From contig CAVSDR010000005.1 in NCBI GenBank assembly GCA_963726745.1, forward strand, positions 96,001 through 160,000: a DNA stretch of 64,000 bases, in the 5' to 3' direction. Position numbers and translations under genes: made by a program. The DNA comes from an uncultured Verrucomicrobiae bacterium (GTDB lineage Bacteria > Verrucomicrobiota > Verrucomicrobiia > Chthoniobacterales > UBA10450). Shown here one piece after another: positions 51,737-62,172 of the stretch (position 1 is the first letter of the stretch; the number at the start of each line of letters is the position of its first letter). The notes beneath the pieces were generated by a model that searched no databases, had not been told where the DNA came from, and saw only the letters and a list, made by a program, of their open reading frames with translations.

Positions 51737-53227
51737 ATGAAACCGCTCGCGCTTGCGCCCAAACCGCTGCCGCCGTCCCTCGAGGAGAGGCCGGCGCTAC
51801 GCGTGCTCCCGGCGCCGGTCCTGCCCACGTTGCTCGAACAGCATCTCGAAAAGCTGCGCGCCTTTTACGAAGCGGCGCCCACGCGTTTGCGCGCAGCCGG
51901 CCTTTTCTATCGTCAGCAGCTCGCGCAACGCTATCGCCATCTCATCCCGGAAGGCGCGAGCGTGCTCGAGATCGGCTGCGGCGCGGGTCATCTGCTCGAA
52001 TGCCTGCCGAATCGCGACGTGGTCGGGATCGATCTCTCGGCTACGCAAATCGCCGCGGCGCGCGCGCGGGTGGGCCATGGGGAATTTCACGTGATGGCGG
52101 GCGAGGAGTTGCAACTCGAGCGCACCTTCGACTTCGTGATCCTTTCGGAAACGGTCAACCAGGCGGCCGACGTCCAGCAGATGCTCGAGCGCATCCAGAC
52201 CGTCGCGCACGGGCGCACCAGGTTGCTGCTTAATTTTTACAGCGCGCTCTGGCGGCCGCTCCTCAGCCTCGGGACGGCGCTCGGTTTGCGCGCGGCGCAG
52301 CCAGCTTCGAATTGGCTCAGCTCGACCGACCTCCGCCATCTTCTCAGCCTCGCCGGCTGGGAAGTGATGAAGCAGCAGAGCGCCCTGCTCCTGCCGCTGC
52401 GCTGCCTCGGCCTGGAGAAAATAGCCAACCGTTTCTTCACTCCGCTGCTCGCGCCGTTTGCGCTCACGCACTTCCAGGTGGCGCGACCGCTGCCGAAACC
52501 GCTCGGCGAAAAAAGCGTCACCGTGGTCATCCCCGCGCGCAACGAAGCGGGCAACATCGAGGCTGCGGTCCGGCGCACGCCGCGGCTCGGGCGACACACG
52601 GAGATCATTTTCATCGAGGGGAATTCGACCGATCACACTTGGAGCGAGATCGAGCGCGTGGCTGCGGCTTATCCCGATTTAGACATCAAGACGATGCGCC
52701 AGACCGGCCGCGGGAAAGGCAACGCGGTCCGCGAAGCTTTCGATGCCGCCAGCGGCGAAGTGCTGATGATCCTCGATGCCGACCTGACGATGCCGCCGGA
52801 GGAGCTGCCGAAGTTTTACCAGGTGCTGGTGAGCGGACGGGCCGATTTCGCGAACGGCGTGCGCCTGGTCTATCCGATGGAAGAAAAGGCGATGCGCTTC
52901 TGCAATCTCTGCGCGAACAAGTTCTTCGGCGTCGCCTTTAGCTGGGCCCTCGGGCAGCCGATCAAGGACACGCTCTGCGGGACCAAGGCGCTGCTTAAAT
53001 CCGACTACGAACGGATCGCGGCTAACCGCGCGCACTTCGGCGAGTTCGATCCGTTTGGCGACTTCGACCTCATCTTCGGCGCGAACCATCTGCACCTGAA
53101 GATTGGCGACATTCCCATCCGCTACCGCGACCGGACCTACGGCGAAACCAACATCCGGCGCTGGAGCAGCGGGGTGCTCCTCTTGCGGATGCTTTTCCTG
53201 GCGGTCAGGAAGATCAAATTGGTCTAG
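51737..53227 (+). CDS. Fused class I methyltransferase + GT2 (DPM1-like polyprenyl-phosphate glycosyltransferase)
   Basis: VLEIGCGAG; VIPARNEAGNI, GKGNA, ILDADL, DTLCGTK, DPFGDFDL. Confidence 0.88.
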   Translation: MKPLALAPKPLPPSLEERPALRVLPAPVLPTLLEQHLEKLRAFYEAAPTRLRAAGLFYRQQLAQRYRHLIPEGASVLEIGCGAGHLLECLPNRDVVGIDLSATQIAAARARVGHGEFHVMAGEELQLERTFDFVILSETVNQAADVQQMLERIQTVAHGRTRLLLNFYSALWRPLLSLGTALGLRAAQPASNWLSSTDLRHLLSLAGWEVMKQQSALLLPLRCLGLEKIANRFFTPLLAPFALTHFQVARPLPKPLGEKSVTVVIPARNEAGNIEAAVRRTPRLGRHTEIIFIEGNSTDHTWSEIERVAAAYPDLDIKTMRQTGRGKGNAVREAFDAASGEVLMILDADLTMPPEELPKFYQVLVSGRADFANGVRLVYPMEEKAMRFCNLCANKFFGVAFSWALGQPIKDTLCGTKALLKSDYERIAANRAHFGEFDPFGDFDLIFGANHLHLKIGDIPIRYRDRTYGETNIRRWSSGVLLLRMLFLAVRKIKLV

Positions 53228-53256
53228 AGTCCCGCGCCGCTCGGCGGCTGGACCAG

Positions 53257-54830
53257 ATGTTCGGGCGCAAAAATTTCCCTCTTCTCGCGGCGGTGCTCGG
53301 CACCCTCGGCGCGGTCGCGCTGCAGATTTTCTTCGGCCTGCATGCGGGTGCCTTGTGGCGGGATGAGGTCACCAGCGTGGAGATCGCGAGCATGTCGAGC
53401 TGGGGCGAGACCTGGGACAATCTCGCGTTTGAGTCCTTCCCCGCGCTTTTCGTCGCGCTGCTTCGCTTCGTCGCGGGCGTGCCGCACGGCGCCAGCGATG
53501 CAGAGTTGCGGGTCTTCGGCGTGGTCATCGGGCTGCTCCTGCTCGCGCTGCTCTGGGTGAACGCGCGCTGGCTGCGCTTCGGTTTGCCGCTGCTTTCCCT
53601 CGCGCTGGTTGGTTTTAATCCCATGGTCGTGCGCTACGGCGATTCCATCCGCGCCTATGGCCTGGGCATGGTGGTGATCCTTTTCGCGCTGGGCGCCTTT
53701 TGGCGGCTCACGGAAAAGCTCTCGTTAGGCCGCGTGTTCTGCGCGCTCGCGGCCGCGCTCTTGAGCGTGCAATGCCTCTACTACAACGCCTTTCTCCTCG
53801 GGGCGATTTGCCTGGGCGCGGTCACGGTGGCACTGCGGCGGCGGGATTTCCGCACGGCGGGAACGGTGGTTGCGCTGGGCGCGCTCGCAGCGGTCTCGCT
53901 GCTGCCTTATCTCCCACGATCCACCGGGTGCAGGCGTGGAGTTTCATCTGGCAAACGCCGTTCAAGTGGTCGGCTATTTCCGCGAAGGCGGCAGAGACTT
54001 TCGGCGCGCCGCTCGGCGGCTTCGCCTGGGTTTGGCTGGCGCTGTTCTTCTTCTCGTTAGGCGCCGGGATCTGGGCGCTGGTGCGCCAGCCGGTGGAAGA
54101 CCGGACGCTCTTCGCCCTGGTGACGCTGGTCGCGGGGACGGCGGCTTACCTGGTCTTCCTGCGGATGCTGAGCTACCTCACGCAGCCGTGGTATTACATC
54201 GTCCTGCTGGCTTTTGCCGCAGTCTGCCTGGAGATGTTGCTCGCGGCGAACGTGCGGCCGGGAGTGCGCGCGCTTTTCCTGGTCGCATTTGCCGCGCTCG
54301 CTTTTCTCCCAGCGCTCAAGTCCCTCGGCGAACGTCAAACGAACATCGACCTGGTCGCGCAACGGCTGGAGGCAATGGCGGCAGCAGACGACCTGATCCT
54401 GGTAAACCCGTTTCCCTACGCGATCTCGCTGCAGTATTACTACCATGGTCGCGCCCGCGTGCGGACGATCCCGCCGATCGACGATTTGCGTTCCCATCGC
54501 GCCGATCTGCTGAAGACGCAGTTGATGGCGCAGACGCCGCTCGCGCCGATCTTCGCGCAAATCCAGGAGACGCTGCAGGGTGGCCACACCGTCTGGCTGG
54601 TGGGCGGGGTAAACTTTGTCCCGCCAAATCAGTCGCCGCTGTGGGCGCCGCCGGCAGGGGAACATCCGGATGCGAAGAGCGTGGCGCCGATTTACCGCGC
54701 GTGGAGCGAGCAAACCGCCTTCGTTTTGCAGCAGCGCGCGGCGACTTTTGAGCGCGTCCCGGTGCCGCTGGCGCAGCCCGTGATCCATTACGAAAACGTG
54801 GCCTTGAGTGCGTTTCGCGGCTGGAAGTAG
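53257..54830 (+). CDS. GT-C fold membrane glycosyltransferase-like protein (frameshift near 53920)
   Basis: LWRDE after TM1, RAYG motif, many TMs; continues in ORF 53700..54830. Confidence 0.7.
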
Positions 54831-57067
54831 CCGGCTAATTCACCGGCAGCGGCGTCCAATCGAAAGCCGGCGCCGCCGCTCGCTGCCGCTCGCCACCCGC
54901 GGCCGAGGGTCGCGAGGCCAATGAAGGCCAGCGCTCCCCAGCTGGCGATGAGGAGGGAGGGCATGCCGAGCGGCCGGAAGCGGAACTCAATGCGGTTCGC
55001 CCCGCGAGTCACGGGCACGGCGCGGAAGATGAAATTGGCGCCTTCCACCGGCTGCGCGACACCGTTGACCGTCGCCTGCCAGCTGCGCGACCAGCGATCG
55101 GTGACCATGACCCAGCCGTCGTCGGGCGCTTCGACCTCGAGGATCATTTTCTCCGGCGCATACTCCCGCACCACCGTCGGCACGCGGCTCGCGGCGGAAA
55201 CTTTCGCGGGATCGAACGGCACCGGCGTCTTCTCCTGGCCGAGCATCCCGGCGCGCGAATGCCGGATGATGACCGGCCGGTCCAATTGCAGCAGATCGAC
55301 CGTGTAGACGTTAAAGGTCTCGTTATCCGGCGGCAGCAGCGGCGCGTCCTTGCTGAACCAGGTGCGCTCCGCCCCGAGGGCCATGTCGCTGAACGGCGGC
55401 CATTTTGTGATCAGGTGATGGTAGTAATTCAGGAGCGGGGTGTAGTTCCACAGCTGCGGCTGGCGCGCGAGGACATTGGAATTTGCCTGCCCTTTCCCGA
55501 GCACGCGGTCAAACCGCGGCGCAAGCGAGGACACGTGCGCCTGCGGGGGATCGGCTTCCCAAGTGAAAACGGTCGCCTGCGAAAGGCGCGCGGTCGCGAG
55601 CAGATCGAGCACCGCGAGGAGCACGAAAATCCCTGGTGCGAGCGGCGCCCAGCGTTCGAAGTGGCGCGCCAGCGCCAGGCCCAGGAAGACCGGGCCGATC
55701 CAGACGATCACCAGGTGAGCTGTGGTGAGCGCGGCGTGCGGCAGTCCCACGAGGGCGATCGCGTTGACCGCCCCGAAGCCCACGAACGCGCAGACCGCCA
55801 GGAACAGCGCGAGAAATTGAAAGCCCTGGAGTGCGCGTGCGCCGGCCTTCCAGCGGGCGAGGTCGCGCGCCCCCAGGAGGGCGAGCGCCGACAGCAGGAA
55901 AATGAAATAGCCGCGCAGCATCGCGGAGTGCCGGAAGAAACGCGTTGGCGGGAGGAGATCGTACATCCAACCGCGCAGCGGGAGCGTACGCGACATCGCG
56001 CAGGCCAGCGCAAGGAGCGCAAGCGTCACGAGAAACCAGCGCCAGCCACGCTCGCCGCGATTGCCTAACGAGACCAAGGCCAGGAGCAGGGTGGCCGCGC
56101 CGGTGTAGAGGCTCAGGCAGGAGACGTCGGTGTAGCTCCAGAGTGACGGCTGCCGCATCTTCAGCTCGCCGTAGGCCGGACTCCCGAGAGTCACCAGGCT
56201 GCCCGGATGGAGCGCGTTCGACTCCAGCGCATATGGCCGGCTGATCGGCTCGCCGCGGTCGCTGTAGCCGCGGCCTTCCCACACCGCGCTGATCAGCGAA
56301 GGCGCGAGGATCACCGCACCGACGAGACCCACGACGAGCAAGCGCAGAAACGCGCGGGTGCAACGCGCGGCGGTCGGTTTTTCCAGCGAGAAAAGCGAAC
56401 GACCGACTGTCCACAAGCCGAGCAAGCCGGCGGTGCAGACGGTGAACGAGGGATAGCCCGCGAGCCCGGAAAGTCCCCAGAGCGCGCCCGCCTGGAGAGC
56501 CGGGAGCCAGCGAGAGGATTGCAGGGCCACATCCAGCCGCCAGAGGATCCACGGCAGGAGCGAGAAGGAATAGACCACGAGCGAGTGCTCCGCGTGCCCG
56601 GTGTAAAACCCGGAAAAGAGATACCCGAGCGCGACCACCAGCCCGCCCCAGACAGGCGCGCGCCAATGCCGCGCGAGCAGGAGCATGCCGAAACCGCCGG
56701 CTAACCAAATCAGCAGCCAGTAGGCGATGTAACCGCCCCCGCCCGGGCCGGTGAGCGCAGCCAGCAGGATCATATCGGGCGACAAGGCTCCGGCGCCGGC
56801 GATGGCGAAATCGGGCGAGCCGCCCGCGAGCCAGGGATTCCAGAAGAGCAAATGGCCCGCGCGCGCGCAGTCGGCCACGAGCGAATAATACGGCATGCCG
56901 AGGTCGTAGGCGTCCCATTGTTCGTGGCCCTGGCCGGTGAGCAACGGCCAGTTGGCCACCGCGAAGAGCGCGGTAAGGATCAAGGCCGCGTGCCGCCAGC
57001 GCATGCGGGAGGCGCCCGCGAGCCAGCCTTCGAGAATCGCGAGAAAGGAGGAAGCGGCAGCAGGCAT
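54788..57067 (-). CDS. YfhO-family membrane protein (GT-C)
   Basis: LFWNPWLAGGSP, multiple TMs, C-terminal WQATVNG..ANFIFRAVPV..G.NRIEFRFRP. Confidence 0.8.
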   Translation of the reverse strand: MPAAASSFLAILEGWLAGASRMRWRHAALILTALFAVANWPLLTGQGHEQWDAYDLGMPYYSLVADCARAGHLLFWNPWLAGGSPDFAIAGAGALSPDMILLAALTGPGGGGYIAYWLLIWLAGGFGMLLLARHWRAPVWGGLVVALGYLFSGFYTGHAEHSLVVYSFSLLPWILWRLDVALQSSRWLPALQAGALWGLSGLAGYPSFTVCTAGLLGLWTVGRSLFSLEKPTAARCTRAFLRLLVVGLVGAVILAPSLISAVWEGRGYSDRGEPISRPYALESNALHPGSLVTLGSPAYGELKMRQPSLWSYTDVSCLSLYTGAATLLLALVSLGNRGERGWRWFLVTLALLALACAMSRTLPLRGWMYDLLPPTRFFRHSAMLRGYFIFLLSALALLGARDLARWKAGARALQGFQFLALFLAVCAFVGFGAVNAIALVGLPHAALTTAHLVIVWIGPVFLGLALARHFERWAPLAPGIFVLLAVLDLLATARLSQATVFTWEADPPQAHVSSLAPRFDRVLGKGQANSNVLARQPQLWNYTPLLNYYHHLITKWPPFSDMALGAERTWFSKDAPLLPPDNETFNVYTVDLLQLDRPVIIRHSRAGMLGQEKTPVPFDPAKVSAASRVPTVVREYAPEKMILEVEAPDDGWVMVTDRWSRSWQATVNGVAQPVEGANFIFRAVPVTRGANRIEFRFRPLGMPSLLIASWGALAFIGLATLGRGWRAAASGGAGFRLDAAAGELAGYFQPRNALKATFS

Positions 57068-57078
57068 CAGGCAGTCGG

Positions 57079-58953
57079 CTAGAGCGCCGCCTCGATCGTC
57101 TTCTTCAGCTCAAGGAACTCCGGCTGCTCTGGCCGCGCGCGCAACGCCGGGGCCAGTTGCGCCTGCGCCCGCGCGTAATCGCCGAGTGCGGAATAGGCGC
57201 GCGCCATCAGGAAGTGCGTCTTCGGGTCATCGGGCGATTGCTCCTGCGCGCCCCGGAAAAATTTGATCGCCAATTCCCAGCGATTCTCGCCCAGGGCGAG
57301 CACGCCGAGATTATTCCAGGCGCCTTCGTGGGTCGGATCGAGGCGGAGGGTGGCGGCATACCACGGTTTCGCCTCCGCGGTGTGGCCTTGCTCGAGCTGG
57401 AGATTGCCGAGGGCGAAATTGATCTCTGCGTTGTCCGGCACGTAGGCGTAGGCCAGCTCGAGCTTCTCCTGGGCTAACGAGTAGTTCTTTCCCTGGAGCG
57501 CCTGCCAGCCGGAGTTGTAGGGATCGAGCGCCCAGAGCGAGGGATCGCCCCGGCGAATGGAGACGAAAGTGCAGGTGGCCACGAGGAGCGCCAAATAGAC
57601 GGCAAGCTCACGGAAGCGCGCGCGGCAGAGATTTTCCCAGAGCAGGTAGACCCCGAACGCAGCCAGCAACATCAACCCCGGGACGGCGGCCATGCGGTAG
57701 CGTTCGGTCACGAAAACCGTCAGGAGCGAGCCCAGGTGGAGCGCGATCGCGGCGATGACCCAGCGGGCTTCGCGCGCGCGCCTCGCCGCGAAGGGCAGGG
57801 CCGCGAGCGCGAGCGCGGCCACGAGGCCGAAGCGCAGACCCGGCGGCAGGATTCCCTGGAGGCGGAGGTTGGTGATGATGCTGAGGTCGTCGTATTGAAA
57901 GGCGTTCCAGAAGTTGGCGATCTTCGTGCCGACCAGCCGCAGCCAGGCGCCGGGATTCTCGCGGATGTAGGCGTTCGCCTTGGCCGACCAATATTTTGAA
58001 ACTTCCGCGCGCTGGAGCTTGTGCCCCACGCTCCGCTCGGCGGTCTTGATTGAATCGGAGAGCATTGCCTCCTGTCCGGCGTGCAGGCCGGGCGGCATCT
58101 TCGGGTAGCCATTGGCCACGGGGTTGTTGCCAATCCAGAAGTTCACCCCGCTGTGGGCCGAGAGCAGGACGGGCTCGTGCGCAACGAAGTAATTGTGCGC
58201 CCAGCACGGAAGGGTGCCGAGGCCGAGACCGGCCGCGAGCAAAACTGAGAGCACGGCCGCGCGGGTGAGTTCCACGCGATTGCGGCCGGCCCATTTAAAG
58301 AAAAGCGCGGCAATAAAAAGCGGCGCGAGGAAAAGCGTGGTGGCGATGCCCATGGCGGTGAAGCCGATGAGCAAACCAAAGAGGAAGACGACCGCGGGTC
58401 GCGGGGTCTCCTGGCGGCGCACGATCTGCCAGACGACGAACCAGAAGACAAAAATAGCCAGCGCTGTGGGCATGAGGATGGCCGCGTAAGCCTGCGCCGG
58501 GGCGTAGCAGGCCCAGCCGCCGGCGGCGAGCAGGCCGACGATCGTGCCGCGCTGCGTCCGGAGCTTTTCCCACGGAGTGACGGCCGTGCTTGCCCGCGGA
58601 GCGGCGAAGAGATGCGCGCCCAGGCGGAAGAGGATCACGGCCGTGCCGCTATCGGCGCAGCCTTGGAGGAACGCCGGGAAGAACGGGCTATAACCAAAAA
58701 CCTTGTAGAGCGCCGCGAGCAGATACGGGTAAAGCGGGAGCCCGTAGAAGGCCTGGTGATCGGTCCATTGGCCGTGGAGGATGCGCTGCGCCCAGTCGTT
58801 GTAGAAATGCATGTCGCCTTGGGCCGGCAGAAGGAAGGCCGAGGCGCTGAATTTCAAGAGTACAAGCAACCGCACGAGGAGCACGCCGGCAAACACGTAG
58901 GCCGATAGAGAGATGGTGCGCGGCAGCGCCGGGCGGAGAAGTCCCATGGCCAT
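57079..58953 (-). CDS. GT-C (PMT/GT39-like) membrane glycosyltransferase with C-terminal TPRs
   Basis: GDMHFYNDWA, PLYPYLL, GVNFWIGNNP, ERYR; TPRs (AWNNLGVL). The start could lie upstream, up to 59037. Confidence 0.8.
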   Translation of the reverse strand: MAMGLLRPALPRTISLSAYVFAGVLLVRLLVLLKFSASAFLLPAQGDMHFYNDWAQRILHGQWTDHQAFYGLPLYPYLLAALYKVFGYSPFFPAFLQGCADSGTAVILFRLGAHLFAAPRASTAVTPWEKLRTQRGTIVGLLAAGGWACYAPAQAYAAILMPTALAIFVFWFVVWQIVRRQETPRPAVVFLFGLLIGFTAMGIATTLFLAPLFIAALFFKWAGRNRVELTRAAVLSVLLAAGLGLGTLPCWAHNYFVAHEPVLLSAHSGVNFWIGNNPVANGYPKMPPGLHAGQEAMLSDSIKTAERSVGHKLQRAEVSKYWSAKANAYIRENPGAWLRLVGTKIANFWNAFQYDDLSIITNLRLQGILPPGLRFGLVAALALAALPFAARRAREARWVIAAIALHLGSLLTVFVTERYRMAAVPGLMLLAAFGVYLLWENLCRARFRELAVYLALLVATCTFVSIRRGDPSLWALDPYNSGWQALQGKNYSLAQEKLELAYAYVPDNAEINFALGNLQLEQGHTAEAKPWYAATLRLDPTHEGAWNNLGVLALGENRWELAIKFFRGAQEQSPDDPKTHFLMARAYSALGDYARAQAQLAPALRARPEQPEFLELKKTIEAAL

Positions 58954-59050
58954 TCTCTTTAGCAGTGCGCGGGCCGAGCGGGGAACTTCCTGCCTGGTGG
59001 CGGCGGAAATTTGCGGCCGCATTCCAGTAATTCTCATAAAGCTGGCCTGG

Positions 59051-59067
59051 TTGGCACCACCCCTGCT
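59051..59067 (+). promoter_or_regulatory. Putative sigma-54 (-24/-12) promoter of pilin 1
   Basis: TTGGCACCACCCCTGCT, with GG-N10-GC spacing. Confidence 0.65.
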
Positions 59068-59143
59068 TTTAACCCTCGCAACAATCGGCGGTTCTCGGAT
59101 CGCCGCTTCGAACTAAAAAACCAAACCAGAAAGAACCAGCAAG

Positions 59144-59542
59144 ATGTTAAACAAATTGAACAAGAATCGCGGGGGCTTCACCCTCGTGGAAATCATGATC
59201 GTGGTCGCGATTATCGCCCTCCTGGCGGCGATCGCCGTCCCCGGCTTCCTCCGTGCCCGCAAGCGCTCGCAGGCCAGCCGGATCATCAACGATCTGCGCC
59301 TGATCGACAGCGCGGTCGACCAGTATGCGATCGAAACCAACAAGACCTCGGGCGCGACCGTGCTCGTGGCCGATTGGACCAACTACCTGAAGAAAGGGAC
59401 CAACCTCTACGTGACCGGGGCGGACCTCTTCGGCAACACCTACGGCAACCAGGCCGTCGACAAACTCCCGAGCGTGCCCACGGCGACCAAGACCGCCCTC
59501 TCGGACGTGACCGACAACACCTTCTGGTCTCCGTACAACTAA
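59144..59542 (+). CDS. Type IV pilin (prepilin) 1
   Basis: Class III signal KNRGG|FTLVEIMIVVAIIALLAAIAVP, with G-1, F1 and E5. Confidence 0.92.
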   Translation: MLNKLNKNRGGFTLVEIMIVVAIIALLAAIAVPGFLRARKRSQASRIINDLRLIDSAVDQYAIETNKTSGATVLVADWTNYLKKGTNLYVTGADLFGNTYGNQAVDKLPSVPTATKTALSDVTDNTFWSPYN

Positions 59543-59560
59543 GCTAAGACCCTTCACCCA

Positions 59561-59593
59561 CCTGTCATCCCCGCACCCCGCGGGGGTGGCAGG
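59561..59593 (+). terminator. GC-rich stem-loop after pilin 1
   Basis: CCTGTCATCCCCGC-ACCCC-GCGGGGGTGGCAGG (with G:U pairs); no U-tract. Confidence 0.5.
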
Positions 59594-59608
59594 CAGTGAG
59601 TGGTTAAG

Positions 59609-61534
59609 CTAACGAGTTATCCGCATGCGACCGAGTGGAAGCGGCGGAGCCAGTAACGGAATCTCCGCCCCGGTCTTGGGCTGCCAGGTGGCACGCGACC
59701 GGTCCATGAAAAGAAGCTCGCCCTCAAATTCGCCGGGAGCGAGATCGGCTGGCGGATTAACCAACCATTTCTCTACATAAAGGCCTTCGCCCGCTTCCGG
59801 CGCGGCGAGTCCGCGCTGCAGGATGAAAGGCGGTCCGCCATTGCCTGGTCTTAGGCGAAGCACCATCCATGGGAAGACTTCCCGTTCCACACCGAATTGC
59901 CAGGTTAAGGTTAACTCGAGTGCTTCCCGTGATGAGAAATTAGCCGACGATTTCTCAATTTTGAGGAGCTTCGTTCCCGCGCCCATTTCGATTACCGAGA
60001 CGGCATTCTCCAGCGCGGGCGCGGCGCGCTTTTCCACCCGTCGCAGAAGCGTTAGCTCGTTCTGCGAGACGGATTCCCATTGCGCTTTGACCAGGAAATC
60101 GTGGAGCAATTCCTCGCTCGAGGGGAACGCTTCGCCGCGGGCTGTGCGCATGCGCGGATGGAAGTAACCCGACCCCGGATCGAAGGTCGCCTGGTCGCCG
60201 TAATCCAGGAGCACGTAATCGGTCGGCGGCGGTGGCTGGAAACGTTCACGGCTAAGGGTGCGCAGGCCTTTGAGAATGTAATGGAGCGAGTGCAGTCGCT
60301 CGCGCAGCGCCAAGTGAGTGAGGTAGGGAAGCGGCGCGACCACGCTCGCTTCCGCCGGGATCGCGCGCAGGAATTCCTCCTTCCGTAATCGATCCGCTCG
60401 GCCACCCGACCATTCCTGCGCCGTGCGCAGCATGCCCGCGGCCGGGCCGATCCAAAGTTGCCCAATGAGACAGGCGGCGAGAATTGCCGGCGGCAGCCAG
60501 CGTTGGCCCCGGCGAAAACCAGCCACCGCTTCGACCGTGGCCAGCCAACAAAGCGGCAAGAGCGGCGCGGCGTAATGAAAGAAAACCGTCCACTCCGACG
60601 AGCGCCAGGAAAGCAAGTGCTGCAGCAAAACAGGCAGCGCGATCAACAGCCAATGTGGCCGCAAGAGTGGCAGCGCCAGGAATGGGAGCAGCAGGGCCCA
60701 GAGCAAATTGCCGTGAGCTAACGAGTGGCCGAGCGCGCCCAGGGCGAGCTGAGGTTGCAGGATAAAATTGCGCAGGATCTCGCCGCCGGATGCACCCAAG
60801 CGATCGTAGAGTGCGAGGTAATCGATGTTCCCGGAGTTCAACGCCGGCGTGATCACCTTGCTGGAAAAAATAAACCAACCGAGCGCGCCCAGCATCGGCC
60901 AGGCATACCAGCGCAGCAGCTCGCGCCCTCCGCGTCGGCGCTCCCGCCAGGCCTCGACCACACAAAAAGCCGCCAATAACAGCGCCATGTTTTCCTTGCA
61001 GGCGAGCACCGCGGCGAACCAGCACCAGTAAGCGCCTACTCGTCGGCGCAGGCGCGCGTGCCACAGGAGCAAAAGGAAGGGAGCGGTCAGCGCTTCCGGG
61101 TGAAACTCGTGCAGCGCCACGTAACCCGTGGCCGGGATAAGCAGGAGGGCCAGCGCCAGCAGGACGCTCGCCGTTTCGCCTATGCCGGACCGGCGCGCGA
61201 TCCGGTAGCCGACAAGTCCCATCGAGGCGAGCCCGAGGTTTTGCAGGACCACAAAGGTCATCGGATGCGGGAAGAGGAAGAAGATCGGCGCGATAAGCAG
61301 AACGATCGGCTCCACGTGGTTGCCGAGCAGCGGGACGTATTGCACCGAGACCTCGAGGCGTCCGTGGATCAATTGCCAGAGCGCCTGCACGTAGTAGGCC
61401 AGGTCAAAGGTGCGATAGGCGAAACCGGCCCAGCGGGCCGCGGAAGTGGCGGTCCAGGCGAGGAAGCAAAGCAGCGCCACGCCTGCCACCAGCGTCGCGC
61501 CGCGGCCGTCGTTTCGCTCGCTCTCCCCGTGCAC
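59609..61534 (-). CDS. DUF2079-like membrane protein (GT-C fold, predicted glycosyltransferase)
   Basis: FDLAYYVQALW, LGNHVEPI, EFHPE, CKEN, FHYAAP; C-terminal soluble domain. Confidence 0.82.
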   Translation of the reverse strand: MHGESERNDGRGATLVAGVALLCFLAWTATSAARWAGFAYRTFDLAYYVQALWQLIHGRLEVSVQYVPLLGNHVEPIVLLIAPIFFLFPHPMTFVVLQNLGLASMGLVGYRIARRSGIGETASVLLALALLLIPATGYVALHEFHPEALTAPFLLLLWHARLRRRVGAYWCWFAAVLACKENMALLLAAFCVVEAWRERRRGGRELLRWYAWPMLGALGWFIFSSKVITPALNSGNIDYLALYDRLGASGGEILRNFILQPQLALGALGHSLAHGNLLWALLLPFLALPLLRPHWLLIALPVLLQHLLSWRSSEWTVFFHYAAPLLPLCWLATVEAVAGFRRGQRWLPPAILAACLIGQLWIGPAAGMLRTAQEWSGGRADRLRKEEFLRAIPAEASVVAPLPYLTHLALRERLHSLHYILKGLRTLSRERFQPPPPTDYVLLDYGDQATFDPGSGYFHPRMRTARGEAFPSSEELLHDFLVKAQWESVSQNELTLLRRVEKRAAPALENAVSVIEMGAGTKLLKIEKSSANFSSREALELTLTWQFGVEREVFPWMVLRLRPGNGGPPFILQRGLAAPEAGEGLYVEKWLVNPPADLAPGEFEGELLFMDRSRATWQPKTGAEIPLLAPPLPLGRMRITR

Positions 61535-61623
61535 GCACTCCGCTTAGCCCGCGCCTGTGCCGGGCACAAGCGCCGCCGCTCGCGGATGGCTCTTTGCAGC
61601 CTAACGAAAAATTCTTCGGAAGC

Positions 61624-61640
61624 GCGGCACCGCTCCTGCT
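61624..61640 (+). promoter_or_regulatory. Putative sigma-54 promoter of pilin 2
   Basis: GCGGCACCGCTCCTGCT, with GG-N10-GC spacing. Confidence 0.55.
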
Positions 61641-61721
61641 TTTAGCAAGACCTGTCAGTTCGTCCCACCCGGACGCAATCAAAAAACCAAACCAGAGCAG
61701 TAACCAGAAAGAACCAGCAAG

Positions 61722-62121
61722 ATGTTAAACAAATTGAACAAGAATCGCGGGGGCTTCACCCTCGTGGAAATCATGATCGTGGTCGCGATTATCGCCCTCC
61801 TGGCGGCGATCGCCGTCCCCGGCTTCCTCCGTGCCCGCAAGCGCTCGCAGGCCAGCCGGATCATCAACGATCTGCGCCTGATCGACAGCGCGGTCGACCA
61901 GTATGCGATCGAAACCAACAAGACCTCGGGCGCGACCGTGCTCGTGGCCGATTGGACCAACTACCTGAAGAAAGGGCACCAACCTCTACGTGACCGGGGC
62001 GGACCTCTTCGGCAACACCTACGGCAACCAGGCCGTCGACAAACTCCCGAGCGTGCCCACGGCGACCAAGACCGCCCTCTCGGACGTGACCGACAACACC
62101 TTCTGGTCTCCGTATAACTAA
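61722..62121 (+). CDS. Type IV pilin 2 (near-identical copy of pilin 1; +1 frameshift near 61978)
   Basis: Same protein as pilin 1 if AAAGGGCACC is corrected by one base. Confidence 0.85.
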
Positions 62122-62139
62122 GCCAAGACCCTTCACCCA

Positions 62140-62172
62140 CCTGTCATCCCCGCACCCCGCGGGGGTGGCAGG
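62140..62172 (+). terminator. GC-rich stem-loop after pilin 2
   Basis: Identical to 59561..59593. Confidence 0.5.

Larger units (their letters stand above)
59124..59604 (+). repeat. Direct repeat copy 1 (pilin leader, gene and downstream hairpin)
   Basis: Near-identical to 61702..62183. Confidence 0.95.

Noticed and set aside
59144..59542. Electrically conductive (e-)pilin
   Set aside because: About 11 of 121 mature residues are aromatic, position 27 is not aromatic, and the pilin is not truncated; support is insufficient.
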